Assembly (NCBI GenBank): GCA_902787725.1
Contig: CADAHK010000015.1
Coordinates: 1 to 38,269 of the forward strand
Direction of reading: 5' to 3'
Source: an uncultured Eubacteriales bacterium
GTDB taxonomy: Bacteria; Bacillota; Clostridia; Peptostreptococcales; Anaerovoracaceae
Length of the DNA stretch: 38,269 bases
The notes beneath the pieces were generated by a model that was not told where the DNA came from, ran no database searches, and saw nothing but the letters and a program-made list of their open reading frames with translations. Shown in pieces: positions 1 through 8,487 of this stretch (its first letter is position 1; the number at the start of each line of letters is the position of its first letter). The position numbers and the translations under genes are program-made.

Positions 1-301
1 GGCCTGAGTTCTCGAGAGCCTGTTCCAGTGAAACCTGATAGGACATGAACGGCATGTCGACTACGATCATCGTAGTTTCAGTTCCGCGTACTACGGAAGC
101 GCCGTAAGTGATCATGTTGTCCACGGTTACAGGGATAGTGTCGCCGAGTCCGAGCATAGTGTTGCCGAGTGAATCTCCAACCAGAATCGCGTCTATGTTG
201 CCGTCCATCAGCTTTGCTGTGGTGTAATCATAGCACGTAAGCATGGAGATTTTTTTGCCTTCCTCCTTCATTTTCTGGAAGGTGAGTACTGAGTTTCTCA
301 T
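1..301 (-). CDS. panB: 3-methyl-2-oxobutanoate hydroxymethyltransferase (5' part; runs off the window edge)
   Basis: Manual translation from ATG at 301 gives MRNSVLTFQKMKEEGKKISMLTCYDYTTAKLMDGNIDAILVGDSLG...VVDMPFMSY, with PanB motifs LTxYD, LVGDS and DMPF. RBS AAAGGAA upstream. Absent from the ORF track because it is truncated. Confidence 0.95.
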   Translation of the reverse strand, partial: MRNSVLTFQKMKEEGKKISMLTCYDYTTAKLMDGNIDAILVGDSLGNTMLGLGDTIPVTVDNMITYGASVVRGTETTMIVVDMPFMSYQVSLEQALENSG

Positions 302-335
302 TGTTTTTTCCTTTCTTTGTTTTGTCCTTTTCTGA

Positions 336-1226
336 TCAAAGCTCCTGGTTCCGCTGCTTGTCATTCAGCAGGTCTTCTTCCAGAAGATCCTTGATGTTCT
401 GGTACAAACGGTCCGGATGTTTGGATTCCGCAATTGGTATGAGCCGCGAGGATAGTACACGGTACAGTTCGCGCTGTCCCTCGTTGAGACAGCCGAGGTG
501 CTTTGCGATGGTCTTCTCATCTCCCCGTTCCACAGGCCCCGTGAGAGCTGCGGCAGGTCCCTTCTCAAGGATGTGGTGAACATTCCCTGTTACGAGAGGG
601 GTGAGGGCTTTGCGGGCGTCTTCTTCACTGAATCCGCACTGGCAGAGCATGTCGATGCTCTCCGCCAGAAGCGCTACCGCCAGATTGCTGGCTGTGACTG
701 CCGCCGCGTGGTAGAGGGTCTTGTCCTCCGCCCTTATGACCTGCAGGTCGATGTCGACGCTTTTGAGCATTTCCTTGATCTCAGGAAGGTGTTCCTCGTT
801 TCCTTCGACCGCGAAAAAAACATCCTGCAATTCTTTGTAAGCTTCGTACTTGTCGCTTACTGCGAATAGAGGATGAACGGAATACTCGTATGCACCGGTC
901 TGGTCAATGCCCGGAAAAGCTTCTCCTGCGGAGAGCGATCCGCTGCAGTGACATATGTACTTGCCCTGGATCGGATACTGACGGACCTGTTCATAAACCT
1001 CTTTTATGCTTCCGTCGGGAACAGTCAGGAACAGCACGTCGCTTGCTTCGATGAGGGCGCCCATGTCAGTGAACGCCTGGGTTTCAGTAAACTGCGCTGC
1101 CTCTTCGGCAGATTTAGTGTTGCGGCTGTAATAGCCTGTAACCTTGATACTGTCGTTTTCTTTGCTGCTGAAGTATTTACCTAGGGTAAATCCAACTTTG
1201 CCTGCTCCAATAAATCCTGTTTTCAA
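336..1226 (-). CDS. panG: Rossmann-fold + DUF2520 oxidoreductase, PanG-like putative ketopantoate reductase
   Basis: GFIGAGKVG dinucleotide-binding motif, LTVPD, HCSG, HPL, YHAAAVTASN, LTGPVERGD. Sits directly upstream of panB. Start set at TTG 1226 after GAGGTG rather than the ORF-track start at 1346. Confidence 0.8.
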   Translation of the reverse strand: MKTGFIGAGKVGFTLGKYFSSKENDSIKVTGYYSRNTKSAEEAAQFTETQAFTDMGALIEASDVLFLTVPDGSIKEVYEQVRQYPIQGKYICHCSGSLSAGEAFPGIDQTGAYEYSVHPLFAVSDKYEAYKELQDVFFAVEGNEEHLPEIKEMLKSVDIDLQVIRAEDKTLYHAAAVTASNLAVALLAESIDMLCQCGFSEEDARKALTPLVTGNVHHILEKGPAAALTGPVERGDEKTIAKHLGCLNEGQRELYRVLSSRLIPIAESKHPDRLYQNIKDLLEEDLLNDKQRNQEL

Positions 1227-1230
1227 TCGA

Positions 1231-1335
1231 TCACCTCTTTTCCTAAAAGGTGACGTGGTTCCTGCAATCGATCCGGGACCTTCGCGGTACAGTTTCCAAT
1301 TGGAATACCGTCCATCACAAGGGGAGTATACCCCT
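1231..1335 (-). promoter_or_regulatory. Structured 5' leader of the pan operon, possibly a pan RNA motif
   Basis: Consecutive stem-loops on the minus strand, including GGACGGUAUUCC-AAUU-GGAAACUGUACC with two bulged A residues, and UCACCUUUU-AGG-AAAAGAGGUGA covering the RBS. Confidence 0.5.
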
Positions 1336-1346
1336 GAAGGTGTCAT

Positions 1347-1375
1347 TTGTAAACTGTTTTTTGCAGTGGTACTAT
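1347..1375 (+). promoter_or_regulatory. sigma-A-type promoter for trmL
   Basis: TTGTAA (1347-1352), 17 bp spacer, TACTAT (1370-1375) with TGn extension. Confidence 0.5.
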
Positions 1376-1427
1376 ATATGCAAAGGCAGCAGCTGCCTTT
1401 GCATTATCAGACGGGAGAGAAGGGCAT

Positions 1428-1898
1428 ATGGCAATTCACATCGTACTGGTGGAACCTGAGATTCCGCCTAACACGGGTAACATAGCGAGAACGGCCGCGG
1501 CGACGGACAGCGTACTTCATCTGGTCAAGCCGCTGGGCTTCAGCATAGACGACAAAAGCCTCAAGCGCGCGGGCCTGGATTACTGGCCGTACGTCAAGCT
1601 TGAGGTGCACGAAAGCCTCGACGAATTCATGGAGGAATACGGTGACCGCCGCATGTGGCTCGCCACGACAAAAGGCGGCAGGAACTACACCGATGTTTCC
1701 TACAGGGACGAAGACATGATTCTCTTCGGGCGCGAGACGGCAGGGCTGCCGCGCGACTTCATCGCCGCGCACAGTGAACAGGCGGTGCGCATTCCAATGA
1801 GCAAAGACACCCGCCTGCGTTCGTTCAATTTATCGAATTCCGTTATCGTGGTTCTGTTTGAAGCACTGAGACAGCTTGATTTTCCGGGACTGGAATAG
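1428..1898 (+). CDS. trmL: tRNA (cytidine/uridine(34)-2'-O)-methyltransferase, SPOUT family
   Basis: PEIPPNTGNIAR, KRAGLDYW, FGRETAGL, IPM...RSFNLSNSV motifs; 156 aa. Confidence 0.95.
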   Translation: MAIHIVLVEPEIPPNTGNIARTAAATDSVLHLVKPLGFSIDDKSLKRAGLDYWPYVKLEVHESLDEFMEEYGDRRMWLATTKGGRNYTDVSYRDEDMILFGRETAGLPRDFIAAHSEQAVRIPMSKDTRLRSFNLSNSVIVVLFEALRQLDFPGLE

Positions 1899-1911
1899 GG
1901 AGAGGTGCAGC

Positions 1912-2520
1912 ATGTACACGATTTACATCATCCGCCATGGTGAAACAGACAACAATAAAAAACGCGTGCTTCAGGGAAGGAGCAATCTGCCGCTGAATGA
2001 AGAAGGCGTAAGGCAGGCGGAAAAGGCGAGGGACTTTTTCGACGGGAATGAAATCATATTCGACAAAATCTATTCGAGTCCGCTGATCCGCGCGATCAGA
2101 ACCGCGGAGATCATAACCGGCGACGCTGCGCCTTTCATACTGGACGACCAGCTTCTTGAAATGGACTACGGTCCTTACGAAGGCTGCAGCCTCTTAGATC
2201 CGCCGAAGGAGATCATCGAGTTCTTCAGTGATTTTGTGAACAATCCGGCGCCTGAGGGCATGGAGAATCTTTCTGATCTTGTCGCGCGCATGGGCAGATT
2301 CATGGAAAGTCTCGTGGACAGGCTCGTTGAAAGTCCAAACGACGAGAGCGACAAGACGATACTGATCTCAACCCACGCAATCGCCATGAAGGGCATTCTG
2401 GAGCATCTGACTCCGCAGTCCCATGGCTCATATTGGAACAAGCACATCGCAAACTGCGCCGTCTACAAGACGACGCTTTCCGACGGCAAGTTCACCGTGC
2501 CTGTTGAGGTGCTTGACTAG
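1912..2520 (+). CDS. Histidine phosphatase (phosphoglycerate mutase) family protein
   Basis: IRHGETD catalytic motif, SSPLIRAIRTA, EMDYG, STHA. ATG at 1912 follows GGAGAGG. Confidence 0.9.
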   Translation: MYTIYIIRHGETDNNKKRVLQGRSNLPLNEEGVRQAEKARDFFDGNEIIFDKIYSSPLIRAIRTAEIITGDAAPFILDDQLLEMDYGPYEGCSLLDPPKEIIEFFSDFVNNPAPEGMENLSDLVARMGRFMESLVDRLVESPNDESDKTILISTHAIAMKGILEHLTPQSHGSYWNKHIANCAVYKTTLSDGKFTVPVEVLD

Positions 2521-4826
2521 ACGCGCGAGGCGCCGTCAGAAGTTTCCGGATCCTGATCGGTCCGGAAGGAGTGGATCGCCATAAGAGTGAAACCCGCCAC
2601 AATCGCAATGAACACCATCATGTGGAATACGCTGAAGCTGGCAAGCGGCTGCATCTGATAGAACAGGAAGACGAGAACCGTAACCAGAGCAAGTATGATG
2701 GAGAGCAGCAGATTACGAAGGCTCCTGTTCCGCAGAAGTCCCCGCACTGATAAAAGGAAAATCACGAAGAATGTGATTGCCGCGCATTCGGTCATGGCCT
2801 GATTGATGGCGAACAGGTAATATGAGAATATCTGTGTCAGGGCTGCAAAGACCGCGATGATGATCAGATGCGGCACAATGACGAACCATGAGGAATGGGA
2901 AACGCCTTTTTTCGCTTCCCGGCGGTGCACCAGATAAATGATCAGGCAGATCAAAATCATCAGAAGCACAAGCAGGTTTGCCCCGATTATGATCTTAATG
3001 ATTTCCCCAACGGAAAGAAAACTGTTTCTGTCCGCTTTCATCTCCGTATCCATTTCATCCGTAGGTGAATAGTTATAATGAGCCCGGACAAAGGAAACAT
3101 TTACATCTTTATCTATAGGAACAAGCTCCGGAAGATTATTATCCGGAGTTATTTTCATTTTATAAGCGCCCTTGCGTGGAGTTCCGATGTATATCAATCC
3201 CGGTTTGTAAGCCGTGTCATACGCGTCGAAGGAAAGGTCGTAATACGTCAGCTGTTTTCTTTTGTGCGCGGACACCTGAATCGTGTAAGCGCTGTCGGAA
3301 GGCAGGCTGACGGCTGTCTCGTTTCCCCGGCGCATCATGAAGATGTCCGGCAAGGAACCCGGTGCGGCGTCATCTGCTTCCTCTGCCTCTGTGAGTGTTC
3401 CTTTGCGGTCGATTGAAGCGATGACGGTTTTGTCTTTCAGGATGTCGACATCGACGTCGCCTATAAAGACGATCCGCCTGGTTTCCGTCGGTCCATAGAA
3501 GACATCTTCCGTGCTGTTGTCAGAAAACAGCCAGCTGATGTAGATCATGGGACGGTGCTCCAGAACGACATTGTCGGCGGTTGGATCATCCGGGTTCCAG
3601 CTTCCGTCATCGGTCTGGTGGCTGTTTGCTTTGAGATGCTCGGAAGACGCAAATGTGAGATAGTCGACAAAAACATTACGCTGACTCTTTCGCTGCGCGC
3701 TCATGTGGGATTGCTTCGGCATGGATGCCGCCAGAATCTCAAAAGCGTGTTCGAAATCAGGCTGTGTCCAGAGCTTCATCAGGTTTGGCTGCAGTTGGTC
3801 GACATAGGCGCTTGTGTCCGGGAGAAAGTTTCCCAGGAATGAAAGAACCATGCGATATTGATGGTTGAGCTCAGGGTTGTTCCTGAAGTGTTCGTAGGCC
3901 AGCTGCTGCGTTGTCTTTGAGGCTGCATGAGCCAGCGCCGCGTAGTTGCTGTCCGCCTCCTGGGAAGGCGTGTACAGGGTCGTTCCGTAGCGTTCGAATC
4001 CCCAGCTCTGCAGCGGCATGCGTGTTACCGGATCGTTTTTTCCGCAGATGTTGTAAATGCCCGGATAGGCGACAGGTTTTTTCGTCGTTCTCGGAACGGC
4101 AGTCAGATAGGCGTAAACGTCATCGAATTCTCCGGATTCAATCATGTCTGCCGCGGTGATGTTCGCAACGGCCGACGCTCTGGAATATCCCGAAATCCAA
4201 AGCTTCTTTTTGCCTTTGATGTTGTGATCTTTGATATAACTGTCGATGCGTTCTTCCAGTATCCTGGCGGCGTTGTTGAAACCCTCGTGGCGCTGTCCTG
4301 TTCCGACCATCAGATTCGAGGACCATTCTTCCCCGTATCCCGCGCCGCAGGCGGTCGCCGCAATGACGGTCGTATCGTCTATGCGTTTGTGCGCAATGAC
4401 TCCGGCCAGTGAGTCCTTTGTTGGAGGATGGTCATATCCGAAGGAGTCCCGGTTGCTGAAACCGGCTGCCGCGAGGTACTGATTATAAGTCGGCATGAAA
4501 TCTTCCTTGTCATTTCGAAAAGCGGATATGGCAAAACCAAGGGAGCACTGCGCGAACAATCTGCTGAATTCATCAGAAGGATAACGGAAAAGATCATCAG
4601 AATACGGGAACTTCCAGATGTACATGTGATCAGCGGTATCATAAAAGTTCAGCTCGATCTGCTGAACGTCTTTGTACCGGGTGTCATCGGCAAAACGGAC
4701 GTCAGGACGTGTGGTGAATGCATTCTCATCGGCAGCCGCGCTAAATCCGCATGCGCCGATCAGCATGCCCAGAAACAGAATTATCATGATAATGCAGCCA
4801 AGCTTCTTCAAATGTTTCTCACGCAT
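2517..4826 (-). CDS. Membrane-anchored lipase class 3-like alpha/beta hydrolase
   Basis: N-terminal signal/TM segment, EW.SN..VG...H.GF region, nucleophile elbow WISGYSRASAVAN, NDPV acid motif, about five C-terminal hydrophobic helices; 769 aa. Confidence 0.7.
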   Translation of the reverse strand: MREKHLKKLGCIIMIILFLGMLIGACGFSAAADENAFTTRPDVRFADDTRYKDVQQIELNFYDTADHMYIWKFPYSDDLFRYPSDEFSRLFAQCSLGFAISAFRNDKEDFMPTYNQYLAAAGFSNRDSFGYDHPPTKDSLAGVIAHKRIDDTTVIAATACGAGYGEEWSSNLMVGTGQRHEGFNNAARILEERIDSYIKDHNIKGKKKLWISGYSRASAVANITAADMIESGEFDDVYAYLTAVPRTTKKPVAYPGIYNICGKNDPVTRMPLQSWGFERYGTTLYTPSQEADSNYAALAHAASKTTQQLAYEHFRNNPELNHQYRMVLSFLGNFLPDTSAYVDQLQPNLMKLWTQPDFEHAFEILAASMPKQSHMSAQRKSQRNVFVDYLTFASSEHLKANSHQTDDGSWNPDDPTADNVVLEHRPMIYISWLFSDNSTEDVFYGPTETRRIVFIGDVDVDILKDKTVIASIDRKGTLTEAEEADDAAPGSLPDIFMMRRGNETAVSLPSDSAYTIQVSAHKRKQLTYYDLSFDAYDTAYKPGLIYIGTPRKGAYKMKITPDNNLPELVPIDKDVNVSFVRAHYNYSPTDEMDTEMKADRNSFLSVGEIIKIIIGANLLVLLMILICLIIYLVHRREAKKGVSHSSWFVIVPHLIIIAVFAALTQIFSYYLFAINQAMTECAAITFFVIFLLSVRGLLRNRSLRNLLLSIILALVTVLVFLFYQMQPLASFSVFHMMVFIAIVAGFTLMAIHSFRTDQDPETSDGASRV

Positions 4827-4853
4827 CAGTCCAATTCCCGTGAAGCAAAGGTG

Positions 4854-5861
4854 TTAATCGTGTTTTACCGCCAGCATGAGCGCGCCCATGTCCGGTGTGA
4901 AAGCCGGTTTGACGTACTCCATTCCATGCTGTCGAAGAATCTCATCAAAAGGTTCGGTGACAGCCGGACCGATCTTAAATACGCCGCCTGTTCCGCTGAC
5001 CGGAACGAGACCGCTTTCCGCAGAGCCGTCTGCCGCAGATTCGTCCGCGTCGGCGAAGCCGAGCTTGTCGTGGAGCACGATGGCGAGGTCGGCCAGTTCT
5101 TTCGCGCAGTTGTTGAGAATTTCAATCGCGTACGGATCGCCTTCCTCATACAGCTTACTCACTACAGGAGCAAGTCCGGCGATGCGCGTACGGTCCAGAT
5201 TCCATTCGTTTACTACGCGTGTGACCATCTCGTCGTCAGTTTTAAGATCGAGCGCGCGGTTGACCGCGTCATAGAGAAGTGTTTTTTTATCGCGTCCGTC
5301 GCTCTGACGGGAGTATTCCTTCAGCAGATTCCAGGCGATCCAGTATGCGCTGCCTTCGTCGCCGCCAAGAACATAATGCCAGCCGCCGCAGCGCATGAAA
5401 TCTCCGGCTGCGTTGCGTCCGCTTCCGATAGAACCGGTTCCTGCGATGATGTTTATGCCGGGGTTTCCGGCGAGCGCGCCTTCGAGAGCGTTCTCGGAGT
5501 CGTTGCCCGCGCCGTAAGGCATGCCGTCAAATGCGTCGCGGAGTGTCGCGTCGAGCATTGGCTGGTCGGATTCCACGTCGCCGTATCCGGCGAATCCCGC
5601 AAAAGCAAAGGCAACATCGGATGGTTTTATGCCGGCGTTATCACAAACGGCCAGGATGCCTTTGCGAAAGAGGGCTTCGAGTCCGTCGAACCCCACCTGC
5701 ATGTAGTGGCAGCCGCCGCCGGTGTACTCACCGATAACCTCGAGCCCCGCGGCTTCCGAACCGTCGGCGTCTACGCCTTTAACAACGCGGCCGGCCAGGA
5801 ATTTTGTCTTTGTACCGCCGCCGTCTATGCCGATGTAGTATTTTACGTCTGGAGTGTTCAT
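4854..5861 (-). CDS. BadF/BadG/BcrA/BcrD-family (N-acetylglucosamine kinase-like) sugar kinase
   Basis: IGIDGGGTKT, ND, IIAGTGSI, RCGGW...GDEGSAYWI, GTGGVF motifs of the ASKHA NagK-like family. Start overlaps the lacI stop (GTGA/ATGA-type overlap at 5858-5861). Confidence 0.88.
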   Translation of the reverse strand: MNTPDVKYYIGIDGGGTKTKFLAGRVVKGVDADGSEAAGLEVIGEYTGGGCHYMQVGFDGLEALFRKGILAVCDNAGIKPSDVAFAFAGFAGYGDVESDQPMLDATLRDAFDGMPYGAGNDSENALEGALAGNPGINIIAGTGSIGSGRNAAGDFMRCGGWHYVLGGDEGSAYWIAWNLLKEYSRQSDGRDKKTLLYDAVNRALDLKTDDEMVTRVVNEWNLDRTRIAGLAPVVSKLYEEGDPYAIEILNNCAKELADLAIVLHDKLGFADADESAADGSAESGLVPVSGTGGVFKIGPAVTEPFDEILRQHGMEYVKPAFTPDMGALMLAVKHD

Positions 5862-6915
5862 TTCAGTGACTTCCTTTCTATGAGTCTTGTAGGGAAGAGG
5901 ATGCGCCTGATGGACTGGTCCTTTTCCTTTATTATCTGAAGCATGCGTTCAACAGCCGCCCTGCCGATGTCGTTTGTAGGTACTTCGATTGTCGTAAGCG
6001 GCGGAACCATGTGCGAACTGAGATCTATGTTGTTGAAACCTATGACGCCGATGTCGCGCGGACATCTGAATCCCATGCCGTAGAGCGTGCCAAGGACGAC
6101 AGAGGCCAGGGAATCGCTGCCGGCGAAGATAGCGTCAGGAGGTTCGGGCAAAGCCATGAGCTCCCGTGTCTGCGTTTCGCATAGAGACAACTCCCAGCTG
6201 CAGTCTTTCACGAGATCGTCATCATATTCAATGTTCGCCCGGCGAAGCATCTCTCTGTATATGATCATTCTGATGGTCTCGTTGAGCGGCATGGCAGGGG
6301 AGCTTCCGCTGACGAGGGCGATGCGCCTGTATCCGCGGTCAAGAAGAGTTTTCATGACCTGCCAGTTGGCCGTGGTGTGATCGAACCCTACATTATCATA
6401 ATCGTATTCCGGTTCATCTTTGTCTATCATTATAATATGAGGGATGTGCGCTTCGAGAATCGCCATGGTCTCTTCCGGGACGTGTTCCATGAGGAAAACG
6501 CCGTCAAGATCCGCGCTGATAAATTCCTGCAGAATCTGGGGAACAGCGAGTTCTCTGTATGACTTGACGATTGAAATCATGGAATTGTTGTCTTTGCATG
6601 TGTGTTCCATCGCGGAGAGAATGTCCACGAAAAACGGATCGGAATACTTATCGACAGAATCCGCAAGAATGCAGCCGAACCGGTACTGGTCCTGCTGGCG
6701 TACGGGTATTTCGTACTGGAGCTGCGCCGCGGCGTCCATGATTTTGCGGCGTGTTTCTTCACGCACGGTATTTCGTACTGGAGCTGCGCCGCGGCGTCCA
6801 TGATTTTGCGGCGTGTTTCTTCACGCACGTTGAAGTCCGGGTCTCCTGAGAGCACCCGGGATACGGTGGCGGGCGATACGCCGGCCATTTTCGCGACTTG
6901 TCTGATATTAGCCAT
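5858..6915 (-). pseudogene. LacI-family transcriptional regulator frameshifted by a 62-bp tandem duplication
   Basis: The HTH (MANIRQVAKMAGVSPATVSRVL) is in ORF 6577-6915 and the sensor domain (PDAIFAGSD, IGVIGFNN, PPLTT) is in ORF 5858-6766. Removing one 62-bp copy gives 996 bp, one 331-aa ORF. Confidence 0.9.
6705..6828. repeat. Exact 62-bp tandem duplication (6705-6766 / 6767-6828)
   Basis: GGTATTTCGTACTGGAGCTGCGCCGCGGCGTCCATGATTTTGCGGCGTGTTTCTTCACGCAC occurs twice head to tail. Confidence 0.97.
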
Positions 6916-6927
6916 AACAGACCTCCT

Positions 6928-6940
6928 TGTTTAGTAAACA
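6928..6940. promoter_or_regulatory. Putative operator of the LacI-family regulator, site 1
   Basis: Palindrome TGTTTA-G-TAAACA abutting the -10 of the lacI promoter; identical copy at 7081. Confidence 0.8.
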
Positions 6941-6968
6941 GTATACAATAAAAAAACATATCGGTCAA
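6940..6968 (-). promoter_or_regulatory. sigma-A promoter of the lacI-kinase operon
   Basis: TTGACC, 17 bp spacer, TATACT on the minus strand, followed by AAGGAGG RBS. Confidence 0.75.
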
Positions 6969-7022
6969 GCCTTAGTTCTGCTGCGATTCCCTTTATTTTC
7001 CTGTTTTTCACTATTTTTTCAG

Positions 7023-7051
7023 TTTACAAGAGTAAAGAAAAGGACTATAAT
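7023..7051 (+). promoter_or_regulatory. sigma-A promoter of the sugar catabolic operon
   Basis: TTTACA (7023-7028), 17 bp spacer, TATAAT (7046-7051). Confidence 0.75.
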
Positions 7052-7079
7052 AGCAAAAAAGAAGAAATATTCACGTCTT

Positions 7080-7094
7080 TTGTTTAGTAAACAA
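7080..7094. promoter_or_regulatory. Putative operator of the LacI-family regulator, site 2
   Basis: TTGTTTA-G-TAAACAA palindrome about 30 bp downstream of the -10 box. Confidence 0.8.
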
Positions 7095-7133
7095 TAACTG
7101 TAAGATTTAAACAAAACACACAGAGGTGCAGTT

Positions 7134-8450
7134 ATGAGAAAATTTGTTTTTATCGGCGCGGGATCGCTGGAGTTTACCAGAGACCTGGTAAGAGACCTGA
7201 TGACATTCGAGAGCTTTGATGATTGCGAGATCGCCCTCGTGGACATCAACGAGAAGAGACTGTCATACGCGAAGAAGGGAATCGAGAAAGTAGTGAAGGC
7301 CGGCGGCCATCACGCGACAGTTACGGCAACTACCGACAGGCGCGAGGCTCTTCCGGGAGCGGACGGCGTACTGATTACTGTCCTCCAGGGAGGCGTTGAC
7401 GTCTGGAGATATGATATCGAGATTCCGAAGAAGTACGGCGTGGATATCTGCGTCGGCGACACGAGAGGGCCGTCGGGCATCTTCCGTTTCCTGAGGACAG
7501 CTCCGGTTCTGCTGGACATCATCAGGGACGTCGAGGAACTTTGCCCGAACGCAATCGTTCTGAATTATACCAATCCTATGGCCATGCTGGTCAGCTATCT
7601 GCAGGCGCAGACTGACGTCAGCATCACCGGACTCTGCCACAGCGTGCAGGGAACGGCAGAGATGCTCGCGGGCTGGCTGAATCTTAAACCTGAGGAGCTT
7701 GACTACACCTGTGTAGGCATCAACCATCAGGCGTTCTATCTTGAACTTAAACACAACGGCGAAGACATGTATCCGGCTCTTAGGGAAGCCATAAAGAGAC
7801 CGGAAGTCGCCGGGGAAGAACCTGTCAGAATCGAAATGTTCAAGTACCTCAGATATTTCCCTACGGAATCATCGGGACACAACTCTGAGTACAATCCATG
7901 GTTCCGCAAGAGACCGGATCTCATCGAGAAGTACTGCATGCACGGCACGGGATGGAACCCGGGCGAGCACGCGTACATCCTTAAAGAGTACATGAACCGC
8001 GAGGACACCTGGGAAGCGGAGTACTCCGACTGGCTTGAGAACGGAGAAGTGGAACTGGAGAGAGGCGAGGAGTACGCGTCCAACATCTTCAACGCCATCT
8101 ACGGCGACGGCACGCCGTTCCCGTTCAACGCGAATCTCAGAAACAAAGGCTACGTTACTAACATAGATGAAGGAGCATGTGTAGAGGTTCCTGTCATGGC
8201 CGATAAAGACGGCATTCACGTAAAGGGCGTCTACACACTGCCGCCGCACCTGTCGGCGCTGGTATCCCACTCAGCCAAGCTTGAGGAGATGGCTGTGCAG
8301 GCGGCCATAACAGGTGACCCTGATCTGGTATTCCAGGCAGTTCTTCAGGACCCGCTCACAGCGAGCGTATGCAGCATGGAGGAAATCCATGACATGGTTC
8401 AGGAGATGCTTGAGAAGAATAAAGAGTATTTAAGTTATTTCAATTTCTAG
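7134..8450 (+). CDS. melA: Glycoside hydrolase family 4, alpha-galactosidase/melibiase-like
   Basis: FIGAGS NAD-binding motif, DIEIPKKYG, GDTRGPSG, NYTNPM, GLCHSV, GINH, TESSGHNSEY. Confidence 0.9.
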   Translation: MRKFVFIGAGSLEFTRDLVRDLMTFESFDDCEIALVDINEKRLSYAKKGIEKVVKAGGHHATVTATTDRREALPGADGVLITVLQGGVDVWRYDIEIPKKYGVDICVGDTRGPSGIFRFLRTAPVLLDIIRDVEELCPNAIVLNYTNPMAMLVSYLQAQTDVSITGLCHSVQGTAEMLAGWLNLKPEELDYTCVGINHQAFYLELKHNGEDMYPALREAIKRPEVAGEEPVRIEMFKYLRYFPTESSGHNSEYNPWFRKRPDLIEKYCMHGTGWNPGEHAYILKEYMNREDTWEAEYSDWLENGEVELERGEEYASNIFNAIYGDGTPFPFNANLRNKGYVTNIDEGACVEVPVMADKDGIHVKGVYTLPPHLSALVSHSAKLEEMAVQAAITGDPDLVFQAVLQDPLTASVCSMEEIHDMVQEMLEKNKEYLSYFNF

Positions 8451-8487
8451 TCGGTGGTTATTATCTGATTCTAAGGAGGAAAAAGAA

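Noticed and set aside
1227-1346. 40-aa N-terminal extension of the PanG-like ORF
   Set aside because: The Rossmann motif begins right after TTG 1226, which has a good SD; the upstream region looks like a structured leader.
4428-5939. 503-aa plus-strand ORF
   Set aside because: Antisense shadow of the kinase and lipase-like genes; no recognisable motifs or RBS.
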